Source: an uncultured Planctomycetota bacterium (GTDB lineage Bacteria; Planctomycetota; Planctomycetia; Isosphaerales; Isosphaeraceae). Taken from it: a stretch of 64,000 nt of DNA. The first letter of the stretch is position 1; every line of letters starts with the position of its first letter. This document shows positions 43,701 to 55,130 of the stretch, in pieces. Both the position numbers and the translations under genes were made by a program. The notes beneath the pieces were generated by a model. That model was given only the letters and a program-made list of their open reading frames with translations, was not told the origin of the DNA and did not search any database. The stretch spans positions 1,056,001 through 1,120,000 of the forward strand of contig CAWGMQ010000006.1 of NCBI GenBank assembly GCA_963823665.1. Direction: 5' to 3'.

Positions 43701-46700
43701 GGATGACCGGGGCCCACGACGCCACGGCCGCGGACGTGCTGACCTGAATGGCGGAGCCGCCGGCACCCTCGGCGTCGGAATTCGAGCTGCCGAGTGCCAG
43801 CCCTTCGATGGTGGTGTTGCCGGTCACCGTGACCGGACCGCTACTGCCGAGTGAGGCGGTCACGGTGGGTGAATCCAGGGCGGACGCGGAGGATCCGTCG
43901 ATATTTACCGCGCCGCCGCCGTCGGCCGTCGCGTCCGCGGTTGTGGAATTTGTTCCCATCGCGATCGCGCTCAAGTCTCCGCCGGCGACCAGACGGCTCA
44001 AGCCGCTCAGCGACGCGTTGCTCAGGCCGCCGGACGTTGAGCTCGAGGCGACGCCGCCGTAGCCGACGACTCCGAATTCGAGGATGCCGGCCGAGCTGTC
44101 GGCGGTGTTATCCGACTGCGAAAGGAGCGATACGTTTCCAGCGGCGATGATGGTCGAGGAGGGATCGACCTGGGCGAAAACCTCTGCGTCGGCCGTTGCA
44201 GTTGGGTCGAGCGAGTTGATGGACACGACGCCCGCATCGACGCTCTTGTCGCCGCCGGCACCGGAGGCGCTTGCGGATGCATTCATGTTGGGAATGAGAA
44301 TGCCGTTGGAATCGTAGTTGTGCAGCGCGACAAGCGAGACACTGCCGCCGGTGCTGTCGACGGTCGAGCCGTTACCGATCGAGCTCTCGACCGTGGGCGA
44401 GAGGGTCGCGGTTGCCTGGACCAAGCCCAGGGCAACGACGCCGTCATCACCGCCTGAGGCAACGGTCGAGGCGCTGTCGATTGACTGTGACGTGACGGTT
44501 ACATTGCCGCTCGAGAGCACGGAGGCTGGAACGGAGTCGTTGCCGATTGACGCTTCGGTGGTGGGTGTGACGGTGGTCTTCGTTGTCACGCCCACGCCGC
44601 CGATCAAGCCTGCTTCGCCAGAAGTTCCAGTGGAAGAGCCGGAGCTTGTGCTCTGCGCGGAGACCGTGACCGTAGCGGCGCCCGTGATGGTTCCGTCCAT
44701 GTTCACCATGGTCTGGCCGGTGATCGTGGCGGTCGAGGTGCTGGTTCCGGCGCCGAGCACGCCGCCGAAGAATGAGTTTGCGGTAGAGGTCGCCTCGTTG
44801 TTCGAGATGGTTGAGAGCAAGATATTCCCGGCAGCACCGAGGCTAGAGGCGGGGCTTGCGTAGACGCTCACGGCGGCTTGGGATGTCGCACTTGGAACGG
44901 CGCCGCCCTCGCCGACGACACCGCCCGTCGGCGCGTCGGCGATCGCGGTCGCCCCTCTGCCAGTGGCGATGTTATGCCCGCCTTCGACATCGATGTCGCC
45001 GCCCGAATTGATCTCCGAGCCAGCGCCCACATACGCGTTCACAGTCGGGGAATCGGTGGCGTAGGAATAGCTCGGCCCTGCCGTGATAAGCCCGCCGCTC
45101 TCGGCGACGACGTCGGAGCCAGCGGTCGTCTCGGCGTCGGCTGTCACGCTCACTCTGCCATTGGCGCCGATGTTCGATCCACTGATCCATGCGTCAGTTT
45201 CGGGTGACGTGGTCGCACTGGCCTTGTTGTTGAGGGCGGAAAAGAGCAACCCGATCGACAGACCGTATGCATAGGCACTTGTGGCGTCGGTTCCCATGGA
45301 AGAGACAGCAACCGTGCCACCTGCGGTGATCGTGGCCCCCACGATGTCGGCCTGGGTCTTGCTCTGGACGGTGGCATTCGAGGTGACGCTGCCGTGCGAA
45401 AAGAGGCCGAAGTTGCCGCCGGTGCCGTCGATGCTCTGCGGGAGCTTGCCGCCGTTGGCCGTGGCGGAGTCATTCGACGTTGCGCTCACCGTCGCGCCGG
45501 CGTTCAAGACGATGACCGCGGCACCAATGTCGGCCTGGGTGTCGACGTTGACATCCGACTCGGCGTCGGAGCTCGCGCCGGTCTCGACGCCGGTGCCGAA
45601 GGCCTGCGCATTGGCCGTTGCCTGGTCGGTCGAAGCGGCGATGACGGACAGGCTGGCGGCTGAAATGTTCGCGCCGTCTGCAATGCCGGCCGTCTGCGTT
45701 CCGGAGATCTTGGCGGTCGGCTCGGAGGCGCCCTCTCCGACGACGATACCGGGCGAGACCTCGCTGCTCAGGGAGTTGATTGATTCGTTTGACGTCGCGC
45801 CTGCGGTGACAATGCCGGTTGACTGCACACTTGCGGCGCCAATCGACGCTGAGCCGGCGAGGGCGATTGTTCCGGTCGAAGAGCCGTAGCTGACCGCGCC
45901 CACGGCCCCTGAGCCGACCTCCGCCGAAACATTCACGATGTTGCTCGTCGTGGTTGTGACCGAGAGGTTGCCGACCGGAGCTTGCGGGGTGCCGATTGTG
46001 GCGGTGTCGCCGACCGAGGCGCTCACATTGGCCGTGACGTTGGCCGTCGTGTCCACCACGCCGACGGCGACGCCTCCGCCCGAGTAGCCTTCGCCTTCGA
46101 CCTGGTCATTTCCTTCTTGCGTGGCGGAGACCGTGACCGCGGTGGCACCGGAGCCGCGAATCACGGCGTTGTTCTGGATCTGGGCCGAGGTGTTGCTCGT
46201 GAAGTTCAGCTTGGCCACGTTGGCTTGCGCGACAACGGCTCCGCCAGCGCCTGCGATGCCGGTGATCTGGGTGGGCTGGCTGTCCTGGTCGGTGGCCTCG
46301 ACCGTGATCGGACCGCCAGAGCTGAGCTTGGCAAAGGTGCCGACGGATGCCTGGGTGTTGGTCTGGACCGTGGCCACGCCAATCGCTGCGTCGATGGCGC
46401 CCACGCCCAAGTTGCCGTCGCCAGTTGTCTGCTGAACGCTATAGGTATTATTTGCGTTGATGGTGATGGCACCGGAAGCGGAGATGCTGGCAGCCTGAGC
46501 GGCGTTCGGGGCACTGTCGATGAACGCGCCTGTCACGCGGTCGGTGCCGGCGGGCGCGGTCAAGTCGGCGTCGATGGTCGGCTGGCCGAGACCGGCGACG
46601 GTGGTGCCGGCCTGGTTGGCGGCGGGGGCAGTGCCGCTTGATTCGTAATTGATCGCGGTCGTGAGGCTGGGCGTCTGGATGTTGGCGTCGGTTTGCTGGA

Positions 46701-49700
46701 GCAAGTCGGTGCCGCCGCCGGGAGCGGTGAACTGATTCTCGGCGGTCGGGTCGGTGCTGGCGCTCAGGCTGATGACAGAGATGGCGCCTGAGAGTGCCGC
46801 GACGCCGCCGCTGAAGGAGACGACTTCGGAATCGATTGTGCGGTTGGAGGTCGCGGTGACGTTCACAGCTCCGTCGGAGGTGATCTGGGTCTGGGGAAAG
46901 ACTTGAGCGACGGTGCGATTGCGGACTGCGCCCACGTCGATGGCGGCGCCGGCGCCGACCGCGCCGGCCGCGATGCTGCCGGTGTGGCCGTTCAACGTCA
47001 CATAATCACTGGCGCTGATGGTGATGCCGCCGCTCTGCGGACCGCCGTCCTGATCGAGGATCGCCGGGCTCGTGCCGTTCTCGACGTCGGCTTCCGTGGT
47101 TGTCTGGATCGTGTCAACGGAGACGGCGCCGGCCAGCGCGATGGCCGCCGCGCTAATCGTTCCGGTGTAGGGATTGATCGTCTCGATGCTCGTTGCCATG
47201 ACGTTGATCGAGCCGGCGGCCGTCATATCGCCGCCGAAGACCTGCGCCAGGACGGTATTCTCGATGGTGTTCACGCTCACTGAGCCGGCCACGCCGACCG
47301 CGGAACCGGCCAAAGCGCCGACCGAGGGGTCAATCTCGGCGTTGTCGTAGGCCTCTACCGCCGCTTCGCCTCGCGAGAAGATGGAGGAATCGCGCACGAA
47401 CGCGACCGTGCCGGTGCTGATCGTGGTGACGGCAACGGAGCCGGCGACGGCGATCACGCCGCCGGTTGAGCCGACGACGTCGACTTCGAACTGCTCGCTG
47501 CTGGCCGCGCTCACTTGAACCGATGATCCAAAGACGACCGACGGCTGAGTGGGATAAGGGTCTGTTCCGGTGCCATTGCTGCTGGAGATGAAGGCGCAAG
47601 TCTCGCTGGTGTCGTCGGTGCGCGCCACGGCCCCACCGACCCCGACAACGCCGCCGCTGAGGGAACCGGGTATAATCTTCATATAATCATACGAATTGGA
47701 CTGAACGAATACGCCGCCCTCTTCTTGTGCGCTTGAGTTGACGTGCGAGCTGGCGATGTAGGCCTGTGTAATGTTGCTCAAGCCCGTGACGACCACGCAA
47801 CCGCCGATGCCGGCTAGACCGACGGCGAGATTGACGGCGAAGACCGATGCATCGAGCCCATTGGTATTGGGGGTTTCGGTGGAGCTGGCTACGACGGCCA
47901 GCCCCTTGAAGTTTTCGACATTCTGGCTGCCGCTGCCCGGGTCGGTGTAATCGAGCTGGAAGGATGGCCCCTGCCCGGCGGCGGTGACGGTGGATCCGTC
48001 CACGTAGGCAAGCGTGGTGTCGGCGATCGTATTGATGACGACTGTGCCGCCGATGCCGGCGGCGCCGGCGGCCAGGGTACCGGCGATGACTTGCAGGATA
48101 TCGGTCGATTGGGCGCTCACCAGAATGTTGGCGAAGGCGTTCACGATCGAGCCGACGATAAATGCGGTCACGCCCGACTGGAGCACGTTGACGGCCACGC
48201 TGCCGGCGATGCCGGCGAGGCCACCGCTCAAGCCCGCGGCTGAGGTGTACATCGACGGGGTTGAAATGGCATTGATGTAGACGCTGCCGCCGGTGGAGGT
48301 GACATTCGACGACGAAATATAGGCAGTGATCGTGTTGGCGATCTCGTTGTAGGAGACGGCGGCGCCGATACCCGTCGCGCCGGCAACGGACGCCTGGCCG
48401 GTGAGCGAGCTGTTTGACGAGGTGTCTTGCGCGGTGATCGAGATATCGCCGGTGGAGACGACTGTCGTTCCGCCGGCGATGTGGGCGTCGACGTTATCGG
48501 TGATGTCGTTGATGCCGACGCCGCCGGCGATGGCCACGCTGCCGCCTCCGGCGGCGCCCAGGCTGGCAACCTCGAGCGTCGCGGTCTCGGTGGCGGTTTC
48601 GGTGAGGGAGCCGGTCTGGATCATCGAACCGCCATCGATGTAGGCCTTCACGACGTCGCTAATGTCATTCGTGGCGATGCCGGCGGAAATGGCCGCTGTG
48701 CCGGAGCCGTCCAAGGCGCCTGCTCCTGCGGTGATCGAGGGGGTATCGGTTGCCGTGAGGGAGAGCCCCTGTGATGCCGTGACCGTGGCGCCGCCCGTGA
48801 TGTAGGACTCGGTCGTGTCGTCAATCGTGTCCAGGCCGATGGCTCCCCCGAGGGAGAACGTCCCTGACCCGGCGCCGCCGATGGTCAGGGTTTCGATCGA
48901 CGCCGTCGAGATCGCGCCCAAGGTCACGGCGCTTGAGGTCACGGTCGAACCATCGATGTGACTTTCCGTCTTGTCGCCGATCGTGTTGGTTGCGATCGCA
49001 GCGCCGACAGCGGCCTGGCCCGAGCCGGCGATACCGCCGGCGATCGCCTCGATCGTCGGATTGTCGCCCGAGGAGAGCGTGACGGAATTCGCCGCGGTCA
49101 CGTTTGAGCCGCCGGTGATTTCGGCGTCGTTCGTGTTGTTCACGTTATTGGTCGAGACGGCACCGCCGAGCGCGAAGGTCTGCGCTCCGGCACCGCCGAC
49201 TGTGATGCTCAGGATGCCGCCGGAAACGTTGTCGCCGGTCAGAGCCACCGCGCCCGCCGAGGGGACGGTCGAATCGTCGATTGTGGCGCCGGCGGTGTCG
49301 TTGACCGTGTTGGTAGCGACCGCGGCGCCGATGCCGGCGCGGCCGCCGTACGCGAGAGATCCCGAGATTGCGAATATGTAATTGTTATCCGTTCCGGTCA
49401 GCGTGACGTTATTGGTGCCGGCCGTGATGACCGAGTTGTCCATGATCTCGGCGGTTGTACTGATGCCGATCGAATTGATGCTGACCTGGCCGGCGATCGC
49501 GATGCCTTGACCAGACGTGACGAGCGAGCCGCTAGCGGAAAGGGAATAGGTTTCTCCGGTGGTCGCGGCGTCAACCGTCAGATTGCCGGTCGTCAAGGTG
49601 ACGCTCGCGTTGTCGAGGAAGGAGCTGGTTGCGCCTCCGATGGAGTTTTGAGTGTATGAGCCGGCAATGCCTGAGGACGTGCTTTTATTAAACACCAGCG

Positions 49701-52700
49701 CGAACGAGCCGCTGATGGCGATGAACTCGGTCTTGTTTGCCGAATTGACATTCACAGCAGGGGCGGTCACCACGGCATTGTGCAGATATGCAAGCGTCGT
49801 GTCGGTGACCTGGTCGTAGGAAACGTCGCCCGAGATGCCGACGCCATAGGAGCTGTTTGAGCCGGCGCTCGAGCCGGGTGCGACCTTGGAGGCAGCGAGC
49901 GCGCCGGTGTTGACGAAGCCGTTGTTCTGCGCGTCGACGATGATGGGGCCGCCGGAGTGCACCGTGGCGACGCTGCCGTTGCCTGAGGAGGTGCTCGGGT
50001 CGCCGATGTAGGCCTCGGTGTCGCGAGTCACGGTGTTCACGTCAACGGAGGCGCCGACGCCTGAGTTGGTGCCGGCCATGATCCCGCCCGCGTAATTGAA
50101 CAGGTCGAGCAGGTCGTGCGCCTGGACGATCGTGCTCGCATTGACGGTGTCGGTCGGATTTCCCGAGGAGTCGGTTCCCTTCGTTCCGGACAATTCATTG
50201 TTCAGGATCGCATCGGTCGTGAACGCAGGGATGGTGTTCGGCGGCGTGGTCGGAAGGGGTTCGACGACGTCGTTTGAGCCGACGTCAATCGTGGCGCCCG
50301 AGGCGATCTGGGCGAGGGTCGTGTCGTTCACATCCACCACGCTCAAGACGCCGATGAAGCCGAAATTATTGGAGGTGCCGCCGGAGATCATGATCGAGAA
50401 GTTGAAGACGGCGGTCTCGGCGTCGACATCCAGACTGTTGGCAAAGAGATTCACGCCGGAGTTGATGGTTGCGGTGACGTCGTCAGTGTAAAGCACGAGT
50501 ACGAACGCGGCTCCGACCGACGCATCCGAAGCCTGGACGCCAGCGCCCGGCTTGTTCAGGCCGATCTGGTATTCCATGTTGCTGCCCGAGAGGCCGGGCG
50601 TTTGAACGCTGCCGCCGGCGTTCAAAGAGGAATTGGTGCCGGTGGCCAGCACAAAGACGCTTTGCGTTCCAGTGCGGTAGGTCGGGTCGGTATCCTGGTT
50701 GATCTGGGCCCCGGAGGCGATGGACGCGTTGCTTGTCTGGTTCAAGATCTCGCAGGTGAACGAGCCCGCGACGGCCACCGGGGTATTACCATTCGTGCTC
50801 GTCGACTGGCTCCAGGTGTCGAACAGGTTATTATCTTGGCCGAAGCTGTTATCGAGATACGTGTTGAAGTTTCTGAGGAAACTGAGTCCCCTGTATTCCC
50901 ATCCGGGACCGAGATCGGTCCAGAGGCTGGTGTTCGTGTAGTTCTCGGTGGTGAGGTTGGCGTTCGGGAGCGTCCCGCCCAGGTATTGATACCAGTCACC
51001 CGCGTTGCCCATTTCACTGCCGCCGGGTCCGTTCTCGACGATGTCGTTGGGATTGAGCGTGACGTCGGTTGAGCCGGGCTGGCCGGCTACGAAGGTCGGG
51101 TTTTGCGCGATCGCCGTGTAGAGATTCACGCCGTAGCTGTACTGAAAGTCATTGAGCGCCTCGGAAGTGACGGCGAGCGTCTGCCCGACATCGACCGTGG
51201 CGCCTGAGCTGATCGTGGAGGTGGCGGTGTTGGTGTAGTCGCCGTAGGCCAGCGCCGCCGAGCCGTCGAAATCGAAGTTGCTGTTGGTCCCGCCGCTGCC
51301 GGTTCCGCTCGACGGCTGGCTGACGCCGGAGCTGGCCAGGACGTTGGGCCGATCGTTGGTGTTGGCGTCCAGGCTCAAGTTGCCGGCGACCCGCATGAGC
51401 GCGTCTGTGCCGATCGAGGCAGAGGCTGTGTTTGTTTCAACGTCGATGGCGACCGCGGCCGTGGCCTGGGCGTTGAGCGGTATCTGTGCGGCCGGCCCGC
51501 CTTTCGATCGCAAGAGGGGGATCAAGTTCGTGAGAAACGGTCCGACTACACTCAGGACGGCGCTGGTTGTTGCGCCTTGCAGATTCGTCAGCAAGTCTCC
51601 GGAGTCGTCGGTGCCGACGCCCGTGTTGACTGCGACGCCGGTAAAGAGGTTGGGGAGGAAGAAGAGCTTGGTTCCGTCGAAGCCGTTCTTGGTCTCGCTC
51701 GCTTGAATGAGCGCGTCGCCGCCGACCTGCGCGGAGCCGTTCATCTGGGCGGTCGTGTTGTCGGTGGTCGAGGCGATGGCGACGCCGACGCCGATGTTGC
51801 CGTTGTCACCCGTGGTGGTGACGGCCTGTAGCGCTTTGTTGTTGGTCGTATTGGCCTGAATGGTGAGGTCGCCGCCTGAGCGAATCTGCGCTGTGTTGGT
51901 CGCGATGGCAGAAGCGGTCGATTCTTCGTATCCGATGGCGATGGCCGCGCCGGCGCCGGCCGCATTGCCGCCGGCGTTGGCAATCGCGCTCAAGGTATTG
52001 ACCGCGCCTGCGTCCAGGGTGGTGTCGCCGGTGGTGTTGATTTTGCCGGACGCGGTCAGCGTTGCGGCCGTCTCATCGATTGAGAGCGCAACGCCGAGCT
52101 TGATCGCGATGGGCTTGGTCTCTGAGTCCGAGTTCGCAAGCGCCATGGCGTCGAAGCTGGTTCCGACAATCGAGCTGTCGGGGCCAAGGTTGATCGTCGC
52201 GTCTGCGGTGGATTCCGCCAGGCCGCCCAGAATGGTCAAGTTGTCAATGAAATTGATGCCCGTCTGGATCGTCGTTGGGGTGGACGTGTTGACGTCGGTG
52301 GTGGCGTGCAGGCTTTCGGCGGAACAATTGAACGTGATCGCGCCGCCATACATGCCGCACTGGTTGACGTCGATGCTGGTCGCGGTTTCGTCGAGCTTGG
52401 GAATGACGGGGAAATTATAGCCTTCCCCGCTGCCGGCGCCGGCCATCTCGACCGCGGTCATGGTGATCGTGCCGGGGGTGAACAGAGTGGGGTACTGAGA
52501 GAACGACACGACCTGGCTGTAGAAGTTCGTCGTCTGAATCGGCGGGCCCTGCGCCGGCTCGGTCGTGCTGGTGCCGAGCGTGATGTTGAAACCGGTGAAG
52601 GCGATGTTGCCCGAGCTGCCGATGGACTGGTCGGTCACGGGGTTGTCGGGGACGGAGAAGGTATCGCGGGTGGAGATGGTCTCCGGGACGCCGACGTCGT

Positions 52701-53430
52701 TGACGATGATGGTGTCGGCGTAGACGGTCAGGTTGCCGCCGTCGGTAAAGATACTGCCGTTGTTCAGCCTGACCACTCCTAACAAGCCGGGGTTATAGAT
52801 CACGGACGGATTGTTGATTGTGATGTTTCCGCCCATGCTGTTGATGGTTCCTTGAAGCGCGAGATTGTCGCCATTGAAATTCAATGGGGCGTTGAACTCG
52901 GTGATGTTGCCCAAGATCACGCCGGCGTCGTTGGGGAAGTTGAATGTGTCGGCTACATTACCGCCGATACAGTTCGTCACGTCGGTGAAACTGAAGATTC
53001 CGACGGTCCCCTGATCTGAGCCGGTGATGGTCCAGGTGTTCGCCTGAATCAGTGGAGCTTCCAGAGTGGTGACCGCCTGGCCGATGATGGTGCCGCTTGT
53101 CAGATTCGGCAGTGCACCCGTGTTGAGCTGGGTGAGATCGATCGTTCCACCGCCGGGGCCGGCGGTAATGGAAAGCTGGGTGACGGCGGCAAGCGGGAGG
53201 GGACCGGTGTTGGGATTGGCGGTGTTCACCAGGACCACGCCGTTGCCGATTTCAATCTGAATGTTGTCGGCGGCGTTCGAGCTGATGGAGAGCAAGCCGG
53301 TGCTGGCGTTGAACGTCGAGGTGACGGTGAGTAGTGTTCGTTTTTCCAGGCTGTCAAACTCGAGCCGGCGGGGCAGCGCCAGCGCATCACGGCTACGGCG
53401 TCCGCGGCGGCGCCCCCCTCGGCGAGACAT
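19704..53430 (-). CDS. Giant (~11,240 aa) multidomain cell-surface/adhesin-like protein; reading frame broken by 11 single-base indels in this sequence
   Basis: Start MSRRGGRRRGRR...FDSLEKRTLL (planctomycete extracellular LE.R.LL motif) at 53430. Seven or more ORF-track pieces join seamlessly in composition and repeat register. Order: long Gly/Ala/Ser/Thr beta-solenoid of filamentous-haemagglutinin/LktA type; RTX-like GGxGNDxL repeats (~38770-39300); propeller-like W...GGGIS repeats (~37430-38620); parallel beta-helix blocks; FBA-like and golvesin-like modules; two LamG-like domains; NIDO-like segment (~24560-25000); four IPT/TIG domains (~23040-24070); Ig-like repeats; C-terminal type I dockerin-like duplet (GDVTGDGTVDEND, ADVNGDGVVSAVD). 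Confidence 0.88.
21454..22367. repeat. Intragenic near-identical direct repeat (Ig-like module pair, period 639 nt)
   Basis: 21454-21728 vs 22093-22367: about 275 nt with only 2 mismatches seen. A third, more diverged copy lies at ~20700-21270. Confidence 0.9.
26847..30464. repeat. Intragenic direct repeat of the LamG-like domain (offset 2979 nt)
   Basis: 26847-27485 vs 29826-30464 are highly similar with long identical runs (e.g. encoding FSAEFWADPTAVSNNQEFFDLGNGAFSDSILLYR). Confidence 0.9.
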
Positions 53431-53668
53431 GTTGAAAGACAGCCCCAAGCAGTTGGCGCCATGTTGCCATCTCCTCAAAGCGCATTGCAGCACCGGACGC
53501 TGCCGCGCGGTGTTAATCGTTCGGGAGCGCTGCGCGAGCAGTCTTTTCGGGAGCTCTTCGGAACGGTGTTTCGCAGACAGATTTCGAGCGTCCCGATCAC
53601 CAATGCGCCATCGGGGGACAAAATCCCCCAAAGATTCTTGAAAAACTATTCGAGACGGTTGTGAACGG

Positions 53669-53684
53669 ACAACGACGTCGTTGT
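53669..53684. promoter_or_regulatory. Perfect 16-bp palindrome upstream of the giant gene (candidate operator)
   Basis: ACAACGAC-GTCGTTGT, about 240 nt upstream of ATG 53430 and next to an AT-rich patch (53629-53650). Confidence 0.35.
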
Positions 53685-53852
53685 GCGTGCTTGCACAGCT
53701 TCATGCTCTGAACGCCAGCGGCGCCACGCGGTTAAGAGATGTTGCGAAGCGGCGCGCGCGGATACACCGCAGAGCATGCCGGCCGGACCGTTCTCGTCAG
53801 CGATGAGCTACGTCGAGGTCGTACGGCCGCTGTGAATTCAATGCGACTTCGT

Positions 53853-53909
53853 TCAAGATCGCCGCAATAACGGCAGCGGCGCGAACCCCTTGCCCACAAT
53901 CGGCTCGGC
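53853..53909 (-). repeat. DUF1501 3' end, right copy of the att-like direct repeat
   Basis: Counterpart of 19627-19684, in the same orientation. Confidence 0.85.
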
Positions 53910-55115
53910 GGCACAGCCGAGCCAGTCGCCTGCCAGGCTTGCGTACACTCGCCGGAAGTCGGTGTGATGCTTCAAATCACCGTCGTCCAGATCGTCGAAG
54001 CTGGGATGTGCACCAACAAGTCCAGCATTCGCGACCGGCCCGACCAGGAACAGCGGCGCGGCCGCGCCGTGGTCGGTGCCCCCGGATGCGTTCTCCAGAA
54101 CCCGGCGTCCGAACTCACTGAATGTCAAGAGCGCCACGCGGTCACCGTGGCCCGCCGTGCTCAGATCGTCGTGAAACGCGCCGATCGAATCAGAAAGCTC
54201 AAGCAGCAAGGCAGCATGAGTTCCAAGCTGGTTGGCATGCGTGTCAAACCCATCGAGCGATGTGTAGAAGATTCGCGTGCCGAAATCCGCCTTGATGATC
54301 TGGGCAATCAACTCCAGCCGCTTCGCCAGCCCGTAGTTCGGATACTTGGCGCCCCCCTGCCCGCGCTTGGCAAGCTGCTCAAGGCGGCTGCTTGACTCAT
54401 AGGCCGAAAGCGTCGTCCGGCTGATGAAGCCCAGGAGCGGGTCGTCGCTACGGCGCTCCATCGCGGCGAGCTTGTTGAGCGCACCGCGCTCTGCTTGCTT
54501 CTCGGCGTCGGTGCCCGCGAGCTGAAGCTTGTAGCTCTCCAGGCTCTCGACCGACGGAACCCCCGTCTTCTTCGCTCGAAGCGCCAGCGGCAGCGACCGG
54601 TTGCCGATATGCAGCCCGGGAGGATCTTGCCCGGGCTTGCCGCTGCCGGCCGCTGAGTCGAGCGTTCGGCCCAACCAGCCGGTTTCAAGAGCTTTGGCGT
54701 CGTTTTCCAGGCGCCCTGATTCCCAGATCTCCATCGAGCGGAAGTGCGAGCGGTCGGGGTTGGGATAGCCCACGCCCTGAATCACTGCCAGCCGCTTGTT
54801 CTCGAGCAGCTTGGCCATCGCACCCATCGACGGGTGTAGACCGATTTCGGGCGTGATCTTCTGGATTTGCCCACTCGAGAGCCGCAGCAGCCTACGCCCG
54901 CGGTTGTAGCCTTCGATTCCGTGCGGCACGACGGTGTTCAGCCCGTCGTTACCCCCCAGAAGCTGAATGATGACCAGGATGCGCTCGTTCGACTTCGCGC
55001 CTCGAGCTGCGAGTGCCGAGCGGCTCAGAAACGTGGGAACCGTGCTCCCGCCGAGCGCCACGAGGGTGCTTGAGGCGAGCGAGGTGTTCAAGAATCGTCG
55101 ACGGCTCCAGGTCAT
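53853..55115 (-). CDS. DUF1501 family protein with Tat signal
   Basis: SRRRFL twin-arginine signal; LLGGNDGLNTVVP; PDRSHFRSMEIW; GFDTHANQ; FSEFGRRVLENASGGTDHG; DFRRVYA. Confidence 0.92.
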   Translation of the reverse strand: MTWSRRRFLNTSLASSTLVALGGSTVPTFLSRSALAARGAKSNERILVIIQLLGGNDGLNTVVPHGIEGYNRGRRLLRLSSGQIQKITPEIGLHPSMGAMAKLLENKRLAVIQGVGYPNPDRSHFRSMEIWESGRLENDAKALETGWLGRTLDSAAGSGKPGQDPPGLHIGNRSLPLALRAKKTGVPSVESLESYKLQLAGTDAEKQAERGALNKLAAMERRSDDPLLGFISRTTLSAYESSSRLEQLAKRGQGGAKYPNYGLAKRLELIAQIIKADFGTRIFYTSLDGFDTHANQLGTHAALLLELSDSIGAFHDDLSTAGHGDRVALLTFSEFGRRVLENASGGTDHGAAAPLFLVGPVANAGLVGAHPSFDDLDDGDLKHHTDFRRVYASLAGDWLGCAAEPIVGKGFAPLPLLRRS

Positions 55116-55130
55116 TTGAAGGCTCCTTTT

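Noticed and set aside
53431..53631. ORF-track N-terminal extensions (53631, 18720, 19218, 13493, 5235, 63988)
   Set aside because: Downstream starts fit RBS positions or family N-terminal motifs better.
19627..53909. Calling the cassette a prophage, ICE or transposon
   Set aside because: No integrase, transposase, relaxase or phage gene lies between or beside the repeats. It is reported only as an att-like scar.
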